This document shows, in pieces, positions 55,801 to 64,000 of a stretch of DNA of 64,000 nucleotides. Each line of letters starts with the position of its first letter. Position 1 is the stretch's first letter. Origin of the DNA: Diplonema japonicum (Eukaryota; Protista; Euglenozoa: Diplonemea); assembly GCA_964019335.1 (NCBI GenBank), contig OZ025715.1, positions 310,001 through 374,000 on the forward strand, in the 5' to 3' direction. The position numbers and the translations under genes are program-made. A model generated the notes under the pieces. That model did not search any database. It worked only from the letters and a program-made list of their open reading frames with translations, and was not told the DNA's origin.

Positions 55801-56396
55801 AAAACAAGAAGAATTTCGAAGCGCTGTTGAAACTAATCGAGAAACGGAACATTACAGCTCACATCAAACTGTTTTCTTGGGACGGTTGCCTTCGTGAGTA
55901 CACAGGACCAGAAGAGGTTGTGCGGGAATTCGTCGACAACAGGCTGCAGTACTACGAGATGCGTAAAAAGAAAATACTTGAAAAATCTGTTGATGCATAT
56001 GAACAGAAGATGAAGATTCTCCGTGTTTGTCAGCTTGTTGAAGCCGGCAAGCTGAAACTAACTCAAACTCAAGCCGAACGCGAAGCACTGCTGGAGAAAA
56101 ATGGTTTGTTATCAGCACGTGATTGGCTGAAATCTGCTTCTTGGACGGCGTTCTCCACTGAAAGCATTGCGACCCGAAGTGTTGATGTTAAGCACCATAG
56201 GGACTCGATACACTCTTATTCTAAGGTTAACGCAAAGCGTATTTGGAAAAATGAGGTTTCTGAGTTCGTTGCTGCTTATGTGGGGCACTACGGACTGACT
56301 CGTGAACAGCTAGAACCTCGTTTTGTCCATTGCAACCCCTCTGTGAGAACAACCGCCCTACGTGCTGCTGCTGGAATAGCAAGAAGAAATAGATGA
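52818..56396 (+). CDS. TOP2: Type IIA DNA topoisomerase, probably mitochondrial (paralogue 2)
   Basis: Same motifs intact; presequence-like MFRRCAVLL. Confidence 0.95.
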   Translation: MFRRCAVLLHKQPKKVIKPTLAIVEKPVEEIYKELTPQEHVLLRPDMYIGSTRKETLSTWTAVGVRKKQEYREVTIVPGIAKIFDELLVNVADNYHRTRGRNRTTVMKVTIDSKTNTITIYNNGRCVDVEWHKDCEAYCPELVFGRFQAGSNFDDSEVRITGGRNGIGAKATNALSEEFTVEIGDARRRKLYRQTWRNSMKECSEPEITDYPKGEEYTKISFSPLLDYFGLDSLDEDHVALFSRRVADISACCSGLEVYLNDRLIPVGSFEEYVLRKYRDSDMFSSRFHYKVIKDKVNSLPWEIAVGARIGNHLSFVNSIDTFTGTHIAAVTGILTTGIQKMLKSMDKVDIPVSFIKDNISIFVNCQVGNPEFDGQTKGRLVHPSTAVLTDSLSVPKSFIEEIVTNKHLKNAIITEWEKKNQRRSKIEKNQKKKRFVLPKLEDAYSAGTRHSRDCTLILTEGDSAKSLAMAGVNIVGRDRWGVFPLRGKIMNVAKSKKANQLLSDVAKILGLDRSRKYTTLEEAKTLRYGSVTLMCDQDADGSHIKGLLVSWLHTYWSSLLSKGVPQENGTMLPFIRQIVTPLVKTFKDGKEKWFFSLQDYEKWEAEAPDSATWRVKYYKGLGTSTSKEGKEYFSELFSTSRPLLVNFKEFDEKDTKMLKLAFDDDRVQDRRRWLEKYEGRSLDTSEGEVAVADFVETDLASYFRHSNERAVPSCIDGLKPSHRKVLHTCFGRKLSGQKEMKVAQLGGAVAEMTAYHHGEASLHDCIIKLSQDYVGSGNNTPLLEGVGQFGTRLGGGADHASARYISTRLSPLARKLFREEDEPILEMKVDEGKELEPVFFIPILPVVLLNGALGIGTGHATYVPSYDPLAVASHVLDLINPPKETEAASELQNLVPWYHNHRTGYCYGGYSKGEYKMNQNDVTITELPVGRWTEKFKDDLDELQRNKQIMDYINDSTDCEVKFTVTMPKKKVVKATGDEAEGEHEKAQLAEEAKNKKNFEALLKLIEKRNITAHIKLFSWDGCLREYTGPEEVVREFVDNRLQYYEMRKKKILEKSVDAYEQKMKILRVCQLVEAGKLKLTQTQAEREALLEKNGLLSARDWLKSASWTAFSTESIATRSVDVKHHRDSIHSYSKVNAKRIWKNEVSEFVAAYVGHYGLTREQLEPRFVHCNPSVRTTALRAAAGIARRNR

Positions 56397-56803
56397 TTTT
56401 TTTGTTTTTGTTTTTTTGTTTTTTTTGTTTTAGAGTCTTGAGCGTGAAACCGATGCTGTATTTTATTTTTTTTAGTGGTTTTTATTTATTCCCTCCCTCC
56501 CTCCCCTCCCCTCCTTCAATCTGGGAAGGGTTTTAAAAGGAAAAGAAAAAGGGGGGAGGTACTTCAGTTCGAAGTACTGCACGCTGTATATGCTATTACA
56601 TTCTATTCATTCTAGATTAAAAAAAAAAAGAAATACTTTTAGTAAATACGAAAGAAAAAGTATTTGAAAGAAAGAAATTCAAACCCTCCCTCCCCCCCCC
56701 CCCCTAATGTGTGAGCAACAGTCTCTTTTGTTGCCAATTTATACTCCCTCCCCCCTTTTCTCCCTCTTCAATGATAAATAAAACCCTCTTCAAAGGATGT
56801 AAC

Positions 56804-57301
56804 ATGGGCACGAAGATAGGTGACAAAGTGGAAGTGAAGTATGCTGGAGAATGGGTGCAGGGAAAGGTTGTGGACACAGAGGGCGGGGTGTGGGTGCAAC
56901 CAAGCGGGTGGCCAGCAGCGTGCACATTTGGAGAGATTCGGGATGTTAAAAAAGTGGTCTTTGATGACTTAGAGGAGCTGGGCAGCAGGAGCAAAAGCAG
57001 GGAGAAAGAAGAAGATGTCTATTCCCTCCCGGAGGGCAGAGACATAGCACTTTACGACGACGGCACTACAGTTGAAGTTCTTTACGACAAGTGGTTCCCT
57101 GGAGAGATATTAGAGTATATGGGCAACGATCTCTACATAGTGAGCTTCCCGAGTGGGGAGATCGCACCAGATGTGCATCTGTCCTCAATGCGCAGGCCTG
57201 TCTCCCCCTGGACGCTGCACCATGACAAGGACACAGGGGAAGCGTACTACTACAATTGCAAGACGTTTGAAAGCAGTTGGGCTAAGCCACCCGGGTTTTG
57301 A
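56804..57301 (+). CDS. Small protein with two Tudor/Agenet-like domains and a WW domain
   Basis: KIGDKVEV...W..GKV; VEVLYDKWFPGEI; WTLHHDKDTGEAYYYN...SSWAKP. Confidence 0.8.
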   Translation: MGTKIGDKVEVKYAGEWVQGKVVDTEGGVWVQPSGWPAACTFGEIRDVKKVVFDDLEELGSRSKSREKEEDVYSLPEGRDIALYDDGTTVEVLYDKWFPGEILEYMGNDLYIVSFPSGEIAPDVHLSSMRRPVSPWTLHHDKDTGEAYYYNCKTFESSWAKPPGF

Positions 57302-57467
57302 GGGGGGGGGGGGGGGGGGGGGGGGAAGAGATGGTGGGAGAGAACGTTTTTTTGTTGTGTATTATTCTGTTATTTTTTTTAAATCTTTTGTTGACTGGTT
57401 ACTTTCACCCCCCCCCCCCCCCCCCCGAAAGACTAAACGAAACAAAAAGAAGAAAACCAAAAAAGAA

Positions 57468-59783
57468 ATGTCATGGCGCGGCGCCACCCCAGGCACCCCA
57501 CGGAGTGCACGAAAGGACAGCCGCTACGCATGGGCCCCAGCAGGACGGGGAATGTACGAAGGGAGCATCAATGAAGTTGTGCGTGTAGCTGTGAGGCTGC
57601 GCCCTGGTGAGCGGTCAGTCGACATGATGGGAAGGAGCGGGAAGGTGATGGGCGTGACAAGGGATGGGAGGGCGATCATGGACGGGAGCGATGTGAAGTG
57701 GGCGTGGGACGCAAGCAGCATCACAAAAAACGCAGGAGCCGAGTGCGGCATGACCTTCAACTACGCAGCAGTGCACGACCCCATGTCCACCACTGAGACG
57801 GTCTACAAGGACACCGCAAGGCACACCGTCCAGCGTGTTCTGCAAGGCTACAACGGCTGCGTCTTCGCCTATGGCCAGACCAACAGTGGCAAAACCTACA
57901 CCATCCTCGGAACCCCCAGCCAGCCAGGTATCATCCCCCTCGCATGTGTCGACATCTTCAACTACATGAAAACCTACGACGAGGCTGTCTCCCTCCTTCG
58001 GGTCTCCTTCCTTGAGGTGTATAACGAGCAGATCAAAGACCTTCTCAACCCCAAACGAGTCACCCTCACACCCGGTGAGGACCCTGACAGGGGTATTGTG
58101 GTCCTGGGCGCCACAGAACACGTCGTCGGCTGCCTTGACGATGTCCTGTCGCTCATTAAGGAAGGTGAGGCGAGGAGGGCGCAGGGGAGGAACAACATCC
58201 ACGAACATGCCAGCAGATCGCATTCTGTGTTCCAACTGGTGTTCGAGACCAGGGACCTTGCCTCGAAAGAGATCAAGTGCAGCACGCTGAGCATCGTTGA
58301 CCTTGCGGGGTCCGAAGCCAACTACCAGGTGATGGAAGTCACGCCCACCGACGTGCTTTCCAAGCTCAAAGACCAACAAACCATATCAGGCAGGCTTGCA
58401 AAGAACGAACGTGAAGAGCGTGTGGCTCAGATCAAGGAGCGTGAGGGGTCGAATATCAGGAAGTCCCTCACTGCTCTGGTGCGTGTCGTGCAGGTGCTTG
58501 CAGCAGGCAGAGGCGACCACGTGCCATACAGAGACTCCAAACTGACACGGATGCTGAGCGGTGCCTTGGGCGGCACCTCAAGCACATCCATCATCTGTAC
58601 CGTCAACCCTGTCGAAGACAAGGAAACAGTTGCAACACTTCGCTTTGCCTCAACAGCCCAGAGGGTGCATAACAGACCACGGGCCATCAAGATCGAAAAC
58701 GACAAAGCCGTGCTGAACAGGTACGAGGGGGCAATGAAGGAGATGCAACAGGACATGTTCCTGCAGGGCAGAGCCAACGAAGAAATCATCAGGGAGATGA
58801 AAAAGGAGAAGAACATAGCAGAGGATGGCTACAAGGATGAGATAAGGGCCCGCGATGAGGAAGCGGAGGAGATGAAGAGAAAGATGGCATCACTGTCGAG
58901 GTACATCTTAACAGCAAACAAGGTGAAAGAGCAGACCACGACACTGAACAAGCACTACAAAGTGAGCGCAGGGCACGGCGGGGGCCATGCAATGCAAAGT
59001 GAAGATCTTCCCGTAGACCCTGTGAGGAGGCGGCGCCATTCATTCGACTACATGCTGATAAGAGACAAGAGATCGAAGGACCTGTTCACATCTGTCGAAG
59101 GCACGGCAACCACGAAGAGCGTGAAGACCGACGACGCTGTTGAGTTGCTGAAGCTCAGCAACTCTGAAAGCATGAAAGCCACGCAGAACGAAGTGACAAA
59201 AGGCGTCATGCGACACCAAAAGGCAACGATCGAGAAACTTGAGGAGCAGTTCAAAGAGCTCTCCGCAACATTAGAAAAAACAGGCGGCGAGAAAGACCAG
59301 ATGATCAGCAAGCTGACTGATGACCTTATTGCGAGCGAATCACGGCATACAGAAGAAAAGCGTGAGCTTATGAACGAGGCTGAGGTGATGGGAGAGAGAC
59401 ACGCTGAGGAAGTGGTACAGATGGCGGAAGAGAAAGAAGCGGCAGTGAGAAGACTGGAAGACGTCATGGAGGAAAGGCTTCAGCAGCAAGAAGAGGAGTA
59501 CAAAAAGAAGCTACAACGATTAGAAGCGGACCTCGAGGAGCAGAGGCGGGAAACCAGCAAGCAACAGCAGCACTGTGCGGCCCTCCACCAGCTTGCCTTG
59601 CCTGCGGTCACTGAACGAGACGCAATGCGTCGCCTGCTTGAAGAGGAAGCTTCGAAATCATCTGGCTGCACTTCCGCTGGTCCTAGACCCGACAGGTGGC
59701 GCCGTCATGCCCCCAGCACACATGAAATGTTTAAATCATACCCCATACTGCAGAAGGAGGGTGCAGAGAGGCGCAGGATTTGA
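57468..59783 (+). CDS. Kinesin (N-terminal motor, kinesin-7/CENP-E-like) with coiled-coil tail
   Basis: VAVRLRP, AYGQTNSGKT, ASRSH, VDLAGSE and HVPYRDSKLTR. Confidence 0.95.
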   Translation: MSWRGATPGTPRSARKDSRYAWAPAGRGMYEGSINEVVRVAVRLRPGERSVDMMGRSGKVMGVTRDGRAIMDGSDVKWAWDASSITKNAGAECGMTFNYAAVHDPMSTTETVYKDTARHTVQRVLQGYNGCVFAYGQTNSGKTYTILGTPSQPGIIPLACVDIFNYMKTYDEAVSLLRVSFLEVYNEQIKDLLNPKRVTLTPGEDPDRGIVVLGATEHVVGCLDDVLSLIKEGEARRAQGRNNIHEHASRSHSVFQLVFETRDLASKEIKCSTLSIVDLAGSEANYQVMEVTPTDVLSKLKDQQTISGRLAKNEREERVAQIKEREGSNIRKSLTALVRVVQVLAAGRGDHVPYRDSKLTRMLSGALGGTSSTSIICTVNPVEDKETVATLRFASTAQRVHNRPRAIKIENDKAVLNRYEGAMKEMQQDMFLQGRANEEIIREMKKEKNIAEDGYKDEIRARDEEAEEMKRKMASLSRYILTANKVKEQTTTLNKHYKVSAGHGGGHAMQSEDLPVDPVRRRRHSFDYMLIRDKRSKDLFTSVEGTATTKSVKTDDAVELLKLSNSESMKATQNEVTKGVMRHQKATIEKLEEQFKELSATLEKTGGEKDQMISKLTDDLIASESRHTEEKRELMNEAEVMGERHAEEVVQMAEEKEAAVRRLEDVMEERLQQQEEEYKKKLQRLEADLEEQRRETSKQQQHCAALHQLALPAVTERDAMRRLLEEEASKSSGCTSAGPRPDRWRRHAPSTHEMFKSYPILQKEGAERRRI

Positions 59784-60154
59784 AGCGTATCCATAAACTC
59801 TTAGATCTTTTTTTTGTACCCCCCTCTTTTTTCTCTTATTGTCGATAAATTAAAAAAAAAAACTGTTTCCGTCCCCTCGCTTATTTCCCCCCCCCCCTCT
59901 TTTTTTTCCATACTTTCATTAATTTTCGAGAACAGCGTGGGGGCGTCTCACAACGACCTCCTTTAAACTCATATACATAATTTCTCGTTTTAACTTTCCC
60001 CCCCCCCTCCCAAAATTGTCAATGGTCCCTCCCTCCTAATAGATATCCTTAAGAAAGAAAGAAAAACATTTTTCTTTCCCCCTCCTTTTTTTTTCTTCAA
60101 AAAAAAAAAAAAAACAACACAAAAAAAAAAAGGTCGACGGGGGATTTGGTGGAG

Positions 60155-62074
60155 ATGGAGGAGACGAAAGAGAAACTAGACGGGCGAGCTGTTTCGTTGA
60201 AGCTGGCGATGTCCCTGCTGTTCGCCGTGGTGATGATAATATGTTGCGTATCATGCATATCGGCCATGATTATGTTCCTTACGGAAAGTGTAGACGCGCT
60301 GGAAGAAAGCTACCTGGACTTCCTGATGGTCAGTGCAAACGAGAGCGTGGGAAGGCACATGTACAGCACTTCCCTTAAAGCAGAGTATCTTGTCAACAAA
60401 TGGCTTCGGGATGCTGACACAGCGGGCACGGACCTCGACTACTGGCGAACAGATTTTGTGGAATCCCTCAACTACGGGGCTATACAGACGCTCAGTGTGT
60501 GCTTCTCAGAAGGGTCGTTCCTTGAATATTCAATGAAGGGCGATATGCTCTTTTCAGAATCGCAAAAAGACAATATTACCGAGTCATGCCAGTGGACTGC
60601 GACGGAGACTACCTACCTCCACCATCGTTGTTTGAACAATACAGCGACGACTGAATGCACGATGAGAGGTGGCGGTGTGCATTGGATTACATCGTCTAAC
60701 CCTCCTGGTGTGCAGATGATATCACCTTTCAAGTCGGGCGACATAAGCGGCGAGCTCGCGTTTTGGGTCAGCATGGACAACCTTTCGAAGTTTCTGTCGA
60801 GACTTGTGGAGAAAAGCGTGAACCCGTTGCGGGTTAGCATTTTGCACGATGAGGACAATGTTGTGCTTGCATCGTCGCATCCTATGGCTTCCGTACCTGT
60901 GAAGAAGGACGAGATGTTCACCCGCCAGATGAATCTCAACGATTTGGTTTTTATGATTTCTCATGAGACGAGCGATATTTTATCTGGTGTGTCAAGCTCG
61001 GTGGAGGTGTCGTTGGGTGTCTCCGCCATCATCCTTGTCGCGGGGGCCATTGTTGTGTTCTTCGTCACCAACCTTGCGCTGTTGGGGTTGGACGATGTTT
61101 CCTGCCAACTGCGCGCGATTTCGTTCTTACGCGCGAACCAGGAAACCTGCGGGAGGTACTCCATGTTTCGAGAAATATACCAACTGCAGTGGGCCTGCGA
61201 AATGCTGACTATTCACTTCAAGCTGGCCAGTATGTACCTCCCCGACACCGTCAAGACCGAGCAACACCTCGAGCAACCCGATGTGGTAAGAACAGATAAC
61301 ACACAGGTCGTACAGTTGAAACCATTGGCTTACAAAAAAGTGAGCATTGTGTGCGTTAAATCGATGAAATTGCAAAGCTTCCTAACGGACGCGAAGCCTA
61401 TCAGCCCTGATTCCTTCGAAGCGAGGCATAAACTGTGGTTCGTAGCAGTAATGGAGGAGTGCAGGGAAGCAGGCGGCGTACTACACAGAAACACGGAAAC
61501 CATGCTCATCATCAAGTTCGTGAATGAAGGACACAGAAGAAAGGCGGGTGACCTAGTCACAAGGTTGGTCAGCCGATGGAAAGACGCAAATGAAAGCGTT
61601 GTAGGAGCTGCAACAGGTTTCGCGTTTGTTGGCAATCTAGGCAGCGCAGATATCAGACATCCAGTGATCCAAGGCAAGGTAGTGGGGACCGCAGAGAAGC
61701 TAATGAATTTATGTCCGAACCTTGCCTCGCGTGCATTGGTCACAGATCGGATAGGAAAGTACTGTACCGTTGCAAGGGCGGTGGACCTTGTCTCGATAGA
61801 GGCAGGGGCACCTCCTCAGCTTGTGTACGATGTGTCCCCCCCAGCTTCACTGGAAAGTCCGTTGTGGCCTCCGTCTGTTGTGAAAGAGGCGTATGAGCGC
61901 CTGTGGGTCTCGCTCACAGAATCGTCGATCTGCACTCTCGTCGATCTTATTGCGGACGACATCGATGCTCACAACCCTGTTGCGCTGAACCTTGTGGCTC
62001 GGTTGGAGGCTTGTCCTTCTCACCATCAGTATATGACCACATTGTCGCAAGGGTTGACCGCCACCATGTTATAA
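60155..62074 (+). CDS. Two-TM receptor with a degenerate class III nucleotide-cyclase-like domain
   Basis: TM - extracellular - TM, then S.FREI..L...YLP linker and ATG.A.VGNLG...G.VV..A.KL cyclase pattern; catalytic Asp/Asn/Arg appear absent. Confidence 0.7.
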   Translation: MEETKEKLDGRAVSLKLAMSLLFAVVMIICCVSCISAMIMFLTESVDALEESYLDFLMVSANESVGRHMYSTSLKAEYLVNKWLRDADTAGTDLDYWRTDFVESLNYGAIQTLSVCFSEGSFLEYSMKGDMLFSESQKDNITESCQWTATETTYLHHRCLNNTATTECTMRGGGVHWITSSNPPGVQMISPFKSGDISGELAFWVSMDNLSKFLSRLVEKSVNPLRVSILHDEDNVVLASSHPMASVPVKKDEMFTRQMNLNDLVFMISHETSDILSGVSSSVEVSLGVSAIILVAGAIVVFFVTNLALLGLDDVSCQLRAISFLRANQETCGRYSMFREIYQLQWACEMLTIHFKLASMYLPDTVKTEQHLEQPDVVRTDNTQVVQLKPLAYKKVSIVCVKSMKLQSFLTDAKPISPDSFEARHKLWFVAVMEECREAGGVLHRNTETMLIIKFVNEGHRRKAGDLVTRLVSRWKDANESVVGAATGFAFVGNLGSADIRHPVIQGKVVGTAEKLMNLCPNLASRALVTDRIGKYCTVARAVDLVSIEAGAPPQLVYDVSPPASLESPLWPPSVVKEAYERLWVSLTESSICTLVDLIADDIDAHNPVALNLVARLEACPSHHQYMTTLSQGLTATML

Positions 62075-62186
62075 TTTTTTTTTTTTTACTTATAAGTAGA
62101 GACAAAGGGGGGCGTTCCAGAATTTGAAAAAAAAAAAAAAAAAAAAAAAAGAAACGTCCTTTTATCTCATCTCTCTCTCTTTTTTT

Positions 62187-64000
62187 TTCAACGCCCTGTT
62201 GTCCATCATGGTGCGGGCAGTCGAGCAAGTCGCGCCAGACGCCGAAGTGCTAGCCTACGCTGACGACGCATACCTGCTGGCAAAGCTGCGTGGCTCACTA
62301 CAAGCTGCGGTCAATGGGACATTGGAGTTCTGCGACCTGACGGGGATGGAAATCAACAAGGAGAAGACTGTTGGTTTCGGCACTGCTGAAGATTTCAAGT
62401 CGAAAGTCATAGGAAACCGAACGGAGATGAGGAAAGGCTTGGAGGTCGCGGTACCCTACAAGACGGTGACAGACCTCTGCGGACTGGGGGTGAAGATCAA
62501 CACACGCAGGACAGGAACGACGTGGAACAAACCGACCACGGGGGCGCTTGGCTCGCTGGACCGACTGGGGGGCACAAGGATTGCTTTCGAAACCAAAGCA
62601 CACTTGGTCAGCACGACGGTCCTGCCATCTTGCCTATACAGTGGGCCGTTCTCCCCTCCATGTGATGAGGCACTCAAGAAGCTAACGACGAAGATCACTT
62701 GTAACCTGTGGGGCCCTCATCACCGTGGACGGTCGCCCACCGCGGTAAACACAGTCCTGCTGAAGGGGCACACCAATGACCCCCTTTCCTACGTAATGTA
62801 CCACTCCCTGAAGGTAGTATCCGGAGCACTCGATGACAGTCGGCTACGGCAGAGATGCATGCAGATCGCTGCGGGGTATGACGCGGGTTCCATCCCGATG
62901 GGGCCGGTTGGCAACCTGGTCTGCCGGTGGCTTCCCCGAATAGGATGGAGTTGGGCGCAGCTACTAGGTTGCAACACATCTTGGGCCGAACGCGGACACA
63001 TCTTTAGAGAGGTGGTGAGGAAGGCCCGAAGTAGGACGCTGGCGGTCGAGAGGAGCACGATAAGCGGGATAGAGCCGGGGGCGGACCCCAAGACGAACCG
63101 ATTATGACCCGCTCATGTCCTACAGCCTGAGACGAGTGATCGCAGGAGGGGTTCCCTACCTAAACCCGCACGCAAATGCGAAGCGAAAGAGCGTCCCACT
63201 GGCGCCTGAAGGTGACGACAACGGTGACGACGAGGAGAACATGGGCCAGGCACCAACGACGGAGGTATCGCACACGCAAGGATTCAGATGCGACCTGTGC
63301 AAGTCTCCACACCCGGACACGGTGACCTTACTCCGCCATCAGCTGTATGAGTGCGCCTGTGCACAAGAGGAACTGGCACTAGACGGAATGGAGCCGTTGC
63401 GCAACAGATCAGGATGGCCCCTATGTCTGGAGCTGCACGCGATACTGCCGAGGGGGCATGTCTTCGCACACCTGGAGAAGCTGCAGCGATACATGGCTGT
63501 GGTGGTCGGGAAACGGGATGTGGAGCTCATGCAAATAGACAACGCCAGCACACAGCCGCTGCCGTGGGTACGCAATGTGGAGGGAAGGAGATGCCTCGTG
63601 CCAACGGCGGGGGAGCTCGAAGGAGTGGGAGGAATCGTCGCAGAATTCTTGAACCCGCTGCTGCAGTGGTTGTCACAGCTACGATGGGTGAAGGAGGACA
63701 CCAGCTCTGAAGTGTCAGCGGTGGAATTGGCCATCGACTTCGAATGGACGACTGGCAAGTTACTGGGGGTGCTGGAAGATAGGGCTCGCAAGATCAAAGC
63801 ACTGATAAGAAAGCTGAACGCGGCATGCAGGGCACGGAAGAAGCCACGCCCCTTCCCAGCAGATGAACAGAAGAGAGTGAAGTCCCTCATCGCAATAGGT
63901 GGGAAGACGGCTATGGGTTTCGCCAGGAGGCCCATCTTCGCCACCCACATCACTCACGACAAGCTGATGGAACTGAAAGCCGCTTACAAGCGAGACCGCA
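62187..64000 (+). mobile_element. 5'-truncated non-LTR retrotransposon: RT C-terminal half plus CCHC-like domain, frameshifted
   Basis: FNALLS...AYADDAYL...GMEINKEKT...LGV (RT motifs 5-7), then RCDLC...HQLYEC; runs off the window end. Confidence 0.9.

Overview
Eukaryotic nuclear DNA from a euglenozoan, most likely a diplonemid. A 39-nt euglenozoan-type spliced-leader exon sits at 1415-1453, and all ~23 intact protein genes lie head-to-tail on the + strand, separated by poly(A)/poly(T) spacers. Host genes include a secreted sialidase, a long coiled-coil protein, TMEM33-like, SPRY, Na+/H+ exchanger, SAM, two ADP-ribosyltransferase/PARP-like proteins, a GT47-like protein, a CTD-type phosphatase, DUF1295, RING, two tandem mitochondrial-type topoisomerase II paralogues, a kinesin and a degenerate receptor cyclase. 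I resolve 11-12 tiny (39-69 nt) GT-AG introns, mostly A-rich and all near CDS 3' ends; they repair several ORF-track predictions. Three accessory zones (1-6360, 31400-41230, 62187-64000) hold decayed pogo-like and Crypton-like elements, LINE fragments, MITEs and decayed ankyrin arrays. The most striking signal: four poly(A)-tailed insertions from two unrelated sequence families, each with a 10-11 bp target-site duplication, all at the same position (Y^LVET) of ankyrin-repeat DNA, with matching empty sites in the same window. This points to an ankyrin-repeat-targeted retroposition system. A 200-N gap lies at 40421-40620. All family assignments come from motif recognition by eye, not database searches.
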